NCBI GenBank assembly: GCA_002269645.1
Contig: NIVC01004168.1
Coordinates: 1-57,101 of the forward strand
Length of the DNA: 57,101 bases
Direction: 5' to 3'
From: Macrostomum lignano
Lineage: Eukaryota
The notes beneath the pieces were generated by a model, which was not told where the DNA came from, did no database searches, and was given only the letters and a program-made list of their open reading frames with translations. Made by a program: the position numbers and the translations under genes. The number at the start of each line of letters is the position of its first letter. Position 1 is the first letter of the stretch. Below are positions 18,596-30,500 of the stretch, one piece after another.

Positions 18596-19116
18596 TCTGC
18601 ACTCTTAATCCCAGCTTTTAGTTTACCACAGTAAACGAAATTTGTTACAAATGATCCGCCGATATGCTGTAAAAATGTTAAAATTAGTTTGAAGAAGGAG
18701 CCTTAACTTTCCTGTTCAATTAATTAGTTTCTCCTAGTCCATTTAAATAGTTAGTTAAGTCCATTAAATGATTTTTGCTGATCTATGATCCTGTACGTGT
18801 ACATGTTTTATAAAAAGGCGCTAGTTCTGCTTAAAGTGTTTAGCCTAAAGGGGCCGGGGCGATATCTAACCTCCACATGGCCAGATGTTTTTGCGATTGG
18901 TTGGATAGTGGGGGGGGGGGCTTGCAGCGGAGGGGTAGCAGCCGGCAGAGAGACAGGACCTGCTGCTTGGGTAGAGAAAAGAAACCTATGCAAGCGCACC
19001 CACAGTAACAATTCTTCCACGAAAGCCCCATTTGCAGACAGCTGCGCGCTGACTGAGGATTTCAGTTTGCTTCGCAAAAGCTCAGGCGAAATTTGTGGCC
19101 TCATTTTAAAGTCCGC

Positions 19117-20450
19117 TCAGAGTGCCTGCGGCGCTAAAATGAGTGCCTGCGGCGCCAAAATGAGTGCCTGCGGCGCTAAAATGAGTGCCTGCGGCTCTAA
19201 AATGAGTGCCTGCGGCGCTAAAATGAGTGCCTGCGGCGCTAAAATGAGTGCCTGCGGCGCTAAAATGAGTGCCTGCGGTACTAAAATGAGTGCCTGCGGC
19301 GCTAAAATGAGTGCCTGCACCGCTAAAATGAGTGCCTGCGGTGCTAAAATGAGTGCCTGCAGCGCTAAAATGAGTGCCTGCGGAGCTAAAATGAGTGCCT
19401 GCGGTACTAAAATGAGTGCCTGCGGCGCTAAAATGAGTGCCTGCACCGCTAAAATGAGTGCCTGCGGTGCTAAAATGAGTGCCTGCAGCGCTAAAATGAG
19501 TGCCTGCGGCGCTAAAATGAGTGCCTGCACCGCTAAAATGAGTGCCTGCGGTGCTAAAATGAGTGCCTGCGGCGCTAAAATGAGTGCCTGCGGCGCTAAA
19601 ATGAGTGCCTGCGGCGCTAAAATGAGTGCCTGCGGTACTAAAATGAGTGCCTGCGGCGCTAAAATGAGTGCCTGCACCGCTAAAATGAGTGCCTGCGGTG
19701 CTAAAATGAGTGCCTGCGGCTCTAAAATGAGTGCCTGCGGCGCTAAAATGAGTGCCTGCGGCGCTAAAATGAGTGCCTGCGGCGCTAAAATGAGTGCCTG
19801 CGGTACTAAAATGAGTGCCTGCAGCGCTAAAATGAGTGCCTGCACCGCTAAAATGAGTGCCTGCGGTGCTAAAATGAGTGCCTGCAGCGCTAAAATGAGT
19901 GCCTGCGGAGCTAAAATGAGTGCCTGTGGCGCTAAAATGAGTGCCTGCGGCGCTAAAATGAGTGCCTGCGGTACTAAAATGAGTGCCTGCAGCGCTAAAA
20001 TGAGTGCCTGCAGCGCTAAAATGAGTGCCTGCGGAGCTAAAATGAGTGCCTGCGGCTCTAAAATGAGTGCCTGCGGCGCTAAAATGAGTGCCTGCGGAGC
20101 TAAAATGAGTGCCTGCGGCGCCAAAATGAGTGCCTGCGGCGCTAAAATGAGTGCCTGCGGAGCTAAAATGAGTGCCTGCGGCGCCAAAATGAGTGCCTGC
20201 GGCGCTAAAATGAGTGCCTGCGGCGACAAAATGAGTGCCTGCAGCGCTAAAATGAGTGCCTGCGGCGCTAAAATGAGTGCCTGCAGGTGTGCCAAAATGA
20301 GTGGCTGCAGCGCTAAAATGAGTGCCTGCGGCGCTAAAATGAGGGCTGATAACACGATTCCTAAAATAATGGAACTGTAGGAATTTAGTCATGTACATGT
20401 TGAAGTCTTGGCTTTGTCCCCCCACCATAAAATCCATGGCGACGCCCCTG
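19117..20450. mobile_element. 21-bp satellite array (GCTAAAATGAGTGCCTGCGGC, about 58 copies, 19117-20345) plus the right end of a hAT-type MITE
   Basis: The array is followed by about 100 bp homologous to the right arm of the 23597-24365 element and ends in TGGCGACGCCCCTG at 20437-20450. No left TIR was found. Confidence 0.75.
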
Positions 20451-22100
20451 GGCACGCTTGTACGAGCATGTGCTGAGGAGTCAGTAGAATGGGCAGGATC
20501 GCCTCAACACTGGTGCCCGGGTACCCGCAGCCCTCCTGCAAATTATGTTTATTATTAATTATGCCGAAAGATGAATACGTAAAAAATCACTGCATTCTGT
20601 CAGCTACATCAACTTATTTCGACACTAGCTACTCACCGATTTCTTAGAAAGGTAACGACTCGTTGCTTAACACGCAAAAATCAATTGATTAAGAATTAAA
20701 ACTCGACCAAGTTGAAAAACAACAAGAACAAAAACATGTTCGCAATAAATTTAGTAAAATGTGCTTTTTGAAGCTCCACTTGTTTAATAAAGATTAATAG
20801 AGAGGATTTTACAGTTTTTTAACCACTTATAAGCTCCGCCTGAAATCCAAAGCACACTGAAAAAACCCACTGGCTGCAGAGCGGCCATAGACAATTCTAA
20901 CCCCAGATTCACTCATCCCGAGCCTACCGGATAGTACCATGTACATGTAGACAAAGTCCAAGACTCTGATCAAATCTGTGTTCTTGAGTCAATGGTGGAG
21001 AGCAAAAAAGAGACAGAAAGAAGTCTCTCTCGTGAAGCTGAACTGTCACTCTGTTTTCTTTACTAAATTTTATCTGCTCATTGCAGAAAGAACTCATTGC
21101 TGCTCCGACTTCGTAGCTTCGTTTGTTTGCGCCTCTTCTGTTTTCCTAACTACAGCAAATAATTGTTTATTTTAGGTGACATTACATATTTAATATGCAA
21201 GAAATGCTTTTCCTAGGACCCAGTCTAAATTTTCTGCTTTTCTATCTCATCGACTCTGATCGTCCTGAGTCGACGACTCTTTTTCTCCTCTGATGGCTGC
21301 TCTGCAGCCATATTGGGGATGTTCAGGGCGACTTAAAATCGGGCCACAGACGGCAGAAGTCGAGCAAATGTCAAAGGGAATATCGGAGGTTAACAAATGG
21401 CTGCTCTGCAGCAACTGGGTTCGATAGGGTTAAAGTGTTCTCTGCTGATTAGTTTTCAAGAAGAAAAACCGCAATAAAAATTTTCCTTTCTTCTTTTGTC
21501 TAATTTCTTTCTAAATTCCTTTGCATAAAGAGCTGCATTTGCTTCAGCCATGCATTCTCGCTTCCTCTCGCTAAGCGTTTCTTCCTCGGCCTCTTCTTTC
21601 CTGGATCTGCTTTTTAGTTTTTCAGCCCCGGCTAAGACCGGACAAGGGTCACAGGTTGGCAGGCTCCAGTCGCGAGAGAGACAGCTTTCTTTCTAGGCGA
21701 CAGAGCTGCAGCCCAGAAATCGGGGACAAGAAAAGGTGCAGACAGCGTTGCAGCATGACGCAGTTCCGTGCAGGCCCGGTCAACTTGTAATGAAGACAAA
21801 AAATTTCTGGACCGAGGGCAGTGTTAAGAAAAGTAAATTTCTTAGTCTTTGAAGTTGACGAGTGTATTTTTTCTGGCTTGAAAGTATTTTTCAATGTACA
21901 TTACATGCAGTGCACTAGGCTTTTTAACGTACATGCATTATCTTACTAAACTGTACATAACACTGCGGGAAATAAGAATGATTTATGATCCTAAAAGTGT
22001 AAAGGAATGCCTTCAAGTGCCTTCGTGTTTGAAAGCTTAGAAAACGAATAAATGATTGCGCACAGATACCAATGAAGATCCAACCCTCGAACAAAAGCCC

Positions 22101-22300
22101 CAATCCACAAACAGAAGCTCCAATCCACAAACAGAAGCTCCAATCCACAAACAGAAGCTCCAATCCACAAACAGAAGCTCTAATCCACAAACAGCAGCTC
22201 CAATCCACACACAGAAGCTCCAATCCACACACAGAAGCTCCAATCCACAAACAGAAGCTCCAATCCACAAACAGAAGCTCTAATCCACACACAGAAGCTC
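22101..22300. repeat. 20-bp minisatellite (CAATCCACAAACAGAAGCTC), 10 copies plus a degenerate tail; duplicated at about 30200-30399
   Basis: Exact 20-bp periodicity from 22101. Confidence 0.93.
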
Positions 22301-23596
22301 TAATGTACAACAAAAGCTCCAACCCCACAACATTCTCCAATCCACACATCCTCCAATCCACAGCATTCTCCAACCCACAACATATACACCGATCTCAACC
22401 GATCAGGATCCAATCTTCACACAGAAACTTCAAGCACTAGGCATGAAAAAAGTTTTGACATCGAAATTACCCCCAGCTTAGAGAACGAGCCAACCGTTAA
22501 AAGTGCGCACTCGATAAGCATCGAATCGCTATTCCGATCGTGATAGCACGGCGGCGCAACATTACCGAGCCGCATTTGCATTCAAATTTCGTGCACGGCA
22601 TGAGTTTCAAGTTTCTCCTAAAGCCAGTTTGACTCTGTACTATATAATCTCTCACTCACCCAGCCAGTCAAGTGGCAAGACAGAAAAGCCGGCAAGCTGA
22701 TAGAGAAACATACGGGTCAGAGTAAACTAACTGGATAGTTGTCACAGAAAAAAACTCAACACAGAATGAGATCCCCAACGCGGATCTCGTTCCATCTTGT
22801 TGTTTGTGTGTTTATCTTGCCTCATATATATATATAGTCGAGGCGGAACAAGCTCTCAGGACTTGTCTGAGACTCGCGAAATTGAATTCGTGCCGTTCCG
22901 TTTGTGCCAGTTTTCCGCTCGAGTGAAGCCAAGTGCCAGTTTTTGGAGATGGAAGAGAGTTCTCTTCTACCTATCAGCTCACTTGCTTTCGGGAAAAAGC
23001 AATTGAGAAGACTGCAACCAGATGGTAGAGCTCAAGCAAGGACGGACAAGAGATAGGGGTGTTTTTCGAGTGGCTGTATTTTTTTCCAAGCCTGTATCTC
23101 TCAGCGGTTTCTGCTTTTAAAGTTCGATCATCTATCATTCAAGAGCTTTTCAAGTTGAGTCAGTTTAATCAATGCAGAGGCTTTGAAATTTATGTACCCA
23201 TCCACCTTATTAAGACTTGTTTCAATATTATTCATTATATCCATTGAGGTAATTGGATTAGAGTCTTTTTAGTATGTTAGACTAGCAATTAGCGCCCCCC
23301 GTTGGGGAGCCAACAAAGAATGTAATACCAACTTTAGAATAAACTACATGTAGCTTCTCCTTGCAATAACCTCAGCAACTCCATTTGTAAGCTTTGACAT
23401 CTCTGCGATCTTAGAATAATAACGCATTGTTATAAGCGGGCATGCTTAGGCTGGAACAAACACGAAAATCCAACGACAGTTTTTTGGGTAAACGTACATG
23501 TGCATTGTAGTTCGTACATGTTTTATATACATGAGCTACTGTACATGTGCATGTGAAAGCTTCAATCGGCGTTTATTCACACACAAATGCTGAAGC

Positions 23597-24365
23597 CAGG
23601 GGCGTCGCCACGCCCACGTCCCATAGTAAAAGCTATGGGAGACATGCCATTGCTTTGTTCCTCCCACCCACCTAGTGACCCGATTTGGAAATCAAAAATT
23701 TTGCTTCAGGGCGACAAAAAATAGCGCCTGTGGTGCCAAAATGAATGCCTGTGGTGCCAAAATGAATGCCTGCGGTGCCAAAATGAATGCCTGCGGCGCT
23801 AAAATGAGTGCCTGCGGTGCCAAAATGAATGCCTGCGGCGCTAAAATGAATGCCTGCGGTGCCAAAATGAATGCCTGCGGCGCTAAAATGAGTGCCTGCG
23901 GTGCCAAAATGAATGCCTGCGGCGCTAAAATGAATGCCTGCGGTGCCAAAATGAATGCCTGCGGCGCTAAAATGAGTGCCTGCGGTGCCAAAATGAATGC
24001 CTGCGGCGCTAAAATGAATGCCTGCGGTGCCAAAATGAATGCCTGCGGCGCTAAAATGAGTGCCTGCGGCGCTAAAATGAGTGCCTGCGGCGCTAAAATG
24101 AGTGCCTGCGGAGCTAAAATGAGTGCCTGCGGCGCTAAAATGAGTGCCTGCAGGTGTGCCAAAATGAGTGCCTGCGGCGCTAAAGTGAGTGCCTGCGGCG
24201 CTAAAATGAGTGCCTGCGGCGCCAAAATGAATGCCTGTGGCGCCAAAATGAGAACTGGCAACACTGATTCTGAAAAAATGTACATGTACGAATTTAATCA
24301 TGTACTTGTACATGTAGATTTTCCGGCTTTGTCCCTTCAACATAAAATCCATGGCGACGCCCCTA
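23597..24365. mobile_element. Non-autonomous hAT-type element (MITE), 769 bp, with internal 21-bp satellite (about 25 copies)
   Basis: TIRs CAGGGGCGTCGCCA ... TGGCGACGCCCCTA (one terminal mismatch); perfect 8-bp TSD GCTGAAGC at 23589-23596 and 24366-24373. An 8-bp TSD with short CAG-starting TIRs is typical of hAT elements. Confidence 0.88.
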
Positions 24366-25657
24366 GCTGAAGCGATATCTTACTGAACAAATTCGGAAGT
24401 CTGAGTGAGTGGCCTGTAGAATTCAATAATTCAATTATTAGTTTTCGGTTCACCTCTGATATCAGTTCCTGTTTTCGGGCTTCACGCATAATAGCACTGC
24501 ACTTTTGTGACTACATGCACTTTTTGGGGGTCTTCTAAATTGCGCGCTTATTCAGCCCACACGCCGCTCATACACAGTGGCTTTAGAGCTGGGTTGGATT
24601 ATGATTATTATAGAATGCCAGCTATTCAGTCAAAATGCTTCGAAAAGCTTTTAACCTATGCTGCTGCTTTGGGTGTCGTTGTCATTTTCCCTCTTTCCTG
24701 TCCGGTGTCCCCCTCGATTGCTCGCGGTCAGAAATTGGTCTTTTTTCTCAATTCACCAACCAGAACCCCCCGTTCCATTCCATCGCTATGATGGCCTGAA
24801 GGAATGAATTTTTTGAAAAGTAAAATTTCTGCCTGCCGGGTTTTGTTGATAGCCTCTCTCCGTATCCACCCAAGTTTGCTTTCCTCGATAGCAACGATGG
24901 ATGAATAGGCAAGGCACTTTTCATTTTTTTATGCACTAACACGAGTTCAGAAATGTGCGCAGCTATTTTGAAGCTGTAATTGTAAAAGTGCACCTACGCC
25001 ATGACAAAATGAGACTTCTAAAGCCATGCAAATGTCGTGTGAGCCACATTCATCGTTTGCGCTGGGTTTGTCTGCCAAGAAAATCCATTAAAAAGAAAAC
25101 TGAAACCTGATTTAACCAGATACAAAAACAGCAGAAAGCTGAATATACCATGTAAGATAGAAAGCTTCCACTGCCAAGATAATCAATGGAAAAATTAAAA
25201 GCTTCATGACTTCTTTAATTCCAATTTCTTTTAAATTAATTAATTTGACTATATGACTACATGACTATAGTATCCCACGCTGTAAAATCATTCTTCAATA
25301 CTTTGAAATCAATATTGACACTCGTAAGAATATACTCTGATAATGTGCTTGCTCAAATGGCTTTTTGTTATATCTAGTAAGTAGATCATTTATCTGCCTT
25401 CAAAACCATGGACACAATCTACCATTGCTTTTGTCAGCCAAAGTTGACAATTCATAAAATCAAGTTGAGAACAAGGACAAGTTATCAAGTTGTCCTTGGT
25501 TGAGAATTCCCATTTGGCAGCAGTAGCTTTGGTTTTGCCCATAGACATAGACATAGACGGAAAAAGCAAGTTAATAATTCTTAAACTTCATACTCTGTTG
25601 AAAGTCGATGTTGATCGAGCATGATTTCAATGAGCTAAAAGATCAATAGTTTTGAAA

Positions 25658-25667
25658 AGAGAGAGGG

Positions 25668-25699
<32 letters not shown>

Positions 25700-25705
25700 A
25701 GAGAG
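25658..25705. repeat. (AG)n microsatellite; identical copy at about 33756-33803
   Basis: Direct reading. Confidence 0.9.
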
Positions 25706-27502
25706 GTCACGGCGTGTTTAAATTTTTTTTTTAATATGGGCTACCTGTTTCGAGCCTCTGGGCTCTTCGTCAGGCCAAAAGTCTTCCGTCTAAGTCTCTG
25801 TCTATTGGGATGATACTATGGGGGAAAGCAATACTAGCTAGGTAGGTAACATAACGGCTTCATTTGCCCAGGAACTTAATCAAAATAATCTAATCGTTCC
25901 TATAATAGAAAGAAGCAGGAATCCGGACACATTGCACTAACAAATCATACCAACTAGGCCCTATAAAAACAAGCACTAAATCAGACACTGTGACAGCATT
26001 GGACTGGAGGGTTGAAAAACGAAAAAACAGGCAGACAGACTTGAGTACATTTACAAGTACGCTTACTTGCTGAAATCAGTGAAGTATCTTTCTTCACAAA
26101 AGAAAAGAATCAATTGTTAGCGATAGGAATACGCAGCAGTCCCAACCCTTAACTCTCTCTTCACGAAAATTCTAGAGAGTTAACTATGCAAAGCTAATCT
26201 CGAGAGGGACCGATATCTAGCTACTTACGGCTATCCTGCTGCCCACAGGAGGCGACGCAACGCGTGAAGTAAATTGCTCCTGGCAGTTAGCTCCCACCCC
26301 AACCCTTCGGAGTTCCCCTTTCCCATGCAGTCCTTCAATTTCTATTCCCCCTTGTTACCAAAGCCATACGCTGTGTTATATATATAAGAATTCGATGGCA
26401 CCCACTCCCGCAAACCGTCCCTACAGCGCGCTTTCATTTCCCTCAGGGGACAGTGGGTGCCGGACACATTGACTTTTCCAGTCTCCCTATATAGCCGACT
26501 ATAAGTTCCAATATAGATTGGCATCCAGATTTTTGATGGCACTAAACGGCTAGGAAACGATGGGGCGTTGCAGATTGGCAGTGCAGTAAGCCTTAGCAAC
26601 AAGTCGCTGAGATCTTAACTGCAACTGGACTGGACTGATCCGGAGGGCTTGCGAGTCCGGTATGGCGATATAGTTAAGCGAAGCAAAAAAGCCTTCTAGC
26701 AAAATTGCGATCGACCGCCAGTCACGCCTGGATTCCAAAGCAGCAGGATCTTGCAGAGTTTCTGCCAGACTTGCTGGTTGAAGTTTTCGATTCTCCTTGG
26801 CTCCCTTTCTCTCCCACTCTCTCGCTGACTTGAGTTGACTTTTTCTCCCTTATCTGCATATGATTTCGTTCTCTATAGCTAGTTCAACACAGTGGTAAGC
26901 TGAACATGTCTTCGCTTTGCATGCAATATCTATAAGACAGAAAAACGTTTTTCGATTGCTATTATGAATACGTTAAGAATAAGATCATATGCTTGGCCAT
27001 TACCTAGCTACATGTACGAGCGCACCCTATACTTCACCCTGCCCATCAAGACAGAGGAGCTCAAACTCCTGAGTGCACGACGGCTTTCAACCATTGCATC
27101 TAGCTCTCCTCTACTTCCCATTTTCCCTCTGCGTTTTTGTTTACGTTGAATAATTTATTTATAAGCGCAGAATTGGGAGGCCAAGAGGCTTTCTGTGCAG
27201 CCTGTAGCCATGGCTTGTGTTCTTCTCGGCTTGACAGTTAAGTCAAATAAACGAAGAAAATTGGCCAATAGCTTGAAACATGCTAAAAGCATATACGGCT
27301 TAATCCGTCACCTACGGCTCCTAAGTCCTTGCTGAAGTCTCTGAGAGAGATTAATAACCTGATTTCTCTCGCCTTCCTTCCTTATCTCCTGGGGATTATC
27401 CGACTAATTAGTTAATCATACGGCAGAAATGCGTGACAATTCACTCAAAAAGAAGCATGTTTTATGATTACTAGCTCGTAATTAAACCCTCGACATTATC
27501 AC

Positions 27503-30500
27503 GGTACTAAAATGAGTGCCTGCGGCGCTAAAATGAGTGCCTGCACCGCTAAAATGAGTGCCTGCGGTGCTAAAATGAGTGCCTGCAGCGCTAAAATGAG
27601 TGCCTGCGGCGCTAAAATGAGTGCCTGCACCGCTAAAATGAGTGCCTGCGGTGCTAAAATGAGTGCCTGCGGCGCTAAAATGAGTGCCTGCGGCGCTAAA
27701 ATGAGTGCCTGCGGCGCTAAAATGAGTGCCTGCGGTACTAAAATGAGTGCCTGCGGCGCTAAAATGAGTGCCTGCACCGCTAAAATGAGTGCCTGCGGTG
27801 CTAAAATGAGTGCCTGCGGCTCTAAAATGAGTGCCTGCGGCGCTAAAATGAGTGCCTGCGGCGCTAAAATGAGTGCCTGCGGCGCTAAAATGAGTGCCTG
27901 CGGTACTAAAATGAGTGCCTGCAGCGCTAAAATGAGTGCCTGCACCGCTAAAATGAGTGCCTGCGGTGCTAAAATGAGTGCCTGCAGCGCTAAAATGAGT
28001 GCCTGCGGAGCTAAAATGAGTGCCTGTGGCGCTAAAATGAGTGCCTGCGGCGCTAAAATGAGTGCCTGCGGTACTAAAATGAGTGCCTGCAGCGCTAAAA
28101 TGAGTGCCTGCAGCGCTAAAATGAGTGCCTGCGGAGCTAAAATGAGTGCCTGCGGCTCTAAAATGAGTGCCTGCGGCGCTAAAATGAGTGCCTGCGGAGC
28201 TAAAATGAGTGCCTGCGGCGCCAAAATGAGTGCCTGCGGCGCTAAAATGAGTGCCTGCGGAGCTAAAATGAGTGCCTGCGGCGCCAAAATGAGTGCCTGC
28301 GGCGCTAAAATGAGTGCCTGCGGCGACAAAATGAGTGCCTGCAGCGCTAAAATGAGTGCCTGCGGCGCTAAAATGAGTGCCTGCAGGTGTGCCAAAATGA
28401 GTGGCTGCAGCGCTAAAATGAGTGCCTGCGGCGCTAAAATGAGGGCTGATAACACGATTCCTAAAATAATGGAACTGTAGGAATTTAGTCATGTACATGT
28501 TGAAGTCTTGGCTTTGTCCCCCCACCATAAAATCCATGGCGACGCCCCTGGGCACGCTTGTACGAGCATGTGCTGAGGAGTCAGTAGAATGGGCAGGATC
28601 GCCTCAACACTGGTGCCCGGGTACCCGCAGCCCTCCTGCAAATTATGTTTATTATTAATTATGCCGAAAGATGAATACGTAAAAAATCACTGCATTCTGT
28701 CAGCTACATCAACTTATTTCGACACTAGCTACTCACCGATTTCTTAGAAAGGTAACGACTCGTTGCTTAACACGCAAAAATCAATTGATTAAGAATTAAA
28801 ACTCGACCAAGTTGAAAAACAACAAGAACAAAAACATGTTCGCAATAAATTTAGTAAAATGTGCTTTTTGAAGCTCCACTTGTTTAATAAAGATTAATAG
28901 AGAGGATTTTACAGTTTTTTAACCACTTATAAGCTCCGCCTGAAATCCAAAGCACACTGAAAAAACCCACTGGCTGCAGAGCGGCCATAGACAATTCTAA
29001 CCCCAGATTCACTCATCCCGAGCCTACCGGATAGTACCATGTACATGTAGACAAAGTCCAAGACTCTGATCAAATCTGTGTTCTTGAGTCAATGGTGGAG
29101 AGCAAAAAAGAGACAGAAAGAAGTCTCTCTCGTGAAGCTGAACTGTCACTCTGTTTTCTTTACTAAATTTTATCTGCTCATTGCAGAAAGAACTCATTGC
29201 TGCTCCGACTTCGTAGCTTCGTTTGTTTGCGCCTCTTCTGTTTTCCTAACTACAGCAAATAATTGTTTATTTTAGGTGACATTACATATTTAATATGCAA
29301 GAAATGCTTTTCCTAGGACCCAGTCTAAATTTTCTGCTTTTCTATCTCATCGACTCTGATCGTCCTGAGTCGACGACTCTTTTTCTCCTCTGATGGCTGC
29401 TCTGCAGCCATATTGGGGATGTTCAGGGCGACTTAAAATCGGGCCACAGACGGCAGAAGTCGAGCAAATGTCAAAGGGAATATCGGAGGTTAACAAATGG
29501 CTGCTCTGCAGCAACTGGGTTCGATAGGGTTAAAGTGTTCTCTGCTGATTAGTTTTCAAGAAGAAAAACCGCAATAAAAATTTTCCTTTCTTCTTTTGTC
29601 TAATTTCTTTCTAAATTCCTTTGCATAAAGAGCTGCATTTGCTTCAGCCATGCATTCTCGCTTCCTCTCGCTAAGCGTTTCTTCCTCGGCCTCTTCTTTC
29701 CTGGATCTGCTTTTTAGTTTTTCAGCCCCGGCTAAGACCGGACAAGGGTCACAGGTTGGCAGGCTCCAGTCGCGAGAGAGACAGCTTTCTTTCTAGGCGA
29801 CAGAGCTGCAGCCCAGAAATCGGGGACAAGAAAAGGTGCAGACAGCGTTGCAGCATGACGCAGTTCCGTGCAGGCCCGGTCAACTTGTAATGAAGACAAA
29901 AAATTTCTGGACGAGGGCAGTGTTAAGAAAAGTAAATTTCTTAGTCTTTGAAGTTGACGAGTGTATTTTTTCTGGCTTGAAAGTATTTTTCAATGTACAT
30001 TACATGCAGTGCACTAGGCTTTTTAACGTACATGCATTATCTTACTAAACTGTACATAACACTGCGGGAAATAAGAATGATTTATGATCCTAAAAGTGTA
30101 AAGGAATGCCTTCAAGTGCCTTCGTGTTTGAAAGCTTAGAAAACGAATAAATGATTGCGCACAGATACCAATGAAGATCCAACCCTCGAACAAAAGCCCC
30201 AATCCACAAACAGAAGCTCCAATCCACAAACAGAAGCTCCAATCCACAAACAGAAGCTCCAATCCACAAACAGAAGCTCTAATCCACAAACAGCAGCTCC
30301 AATCCACACACAGAAGCTCCAATCCACACACAGAAGCTCCAATCCACAAACAGAAGCTCCAATCCACAAACAGAAGCTCTAATCCACACACAGAAGCTCT
30401 AATGTACAACAAAAGCTCCAACCCCACAACATTCTCCAATCCACACATCCTCCAATCCACAGCATTCTCCAACCCACAACATATACACCGATCTCAACCG

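Larger units (their letters stand above)
19403..27502. repeat. 8.1-kb tandem segmental duplication, copy 1
   Basis: Sequence and ORF track repeat at offsets 8100/8099/8098 (e.g. 20978 and 29078; 23675 and 31773; 26964 and 35062). Confidence 0.97.

Noticed and set aside
17729-18621. 282-aa LSTSPLP and 122-aa LRVGGVR ORFs
   Set aside because: Minisatellite translations.
18600-19116. Left TIR and TSD for the long 21-bp array element
   Set aside because: No CAGGGGCGTCGCCA or matching 8-bp TSD was found upstream by eye, so the element is reported only as a right-end remnant.
18785-20455. Long ORFs of AKMSACG / THFSAAG / ALILAPQ repeats (also 23672-24370, 27482-28555, 31770-32468)
   Set aside because: A 21-bp unit is a multiple of 3 and lacks stops in several frames on both strands; the arrays sit inside TIR-bounded elements. 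They are not credible proteins.
21430-21670. Stop-free charged minus-strand frame (AEKLKSRSRKEEAEEETLSERKREC..), also in the duplicate
   Set aside because: No convincing start, splice partners or family motif; it may be a decayed exon but cannot be supported.
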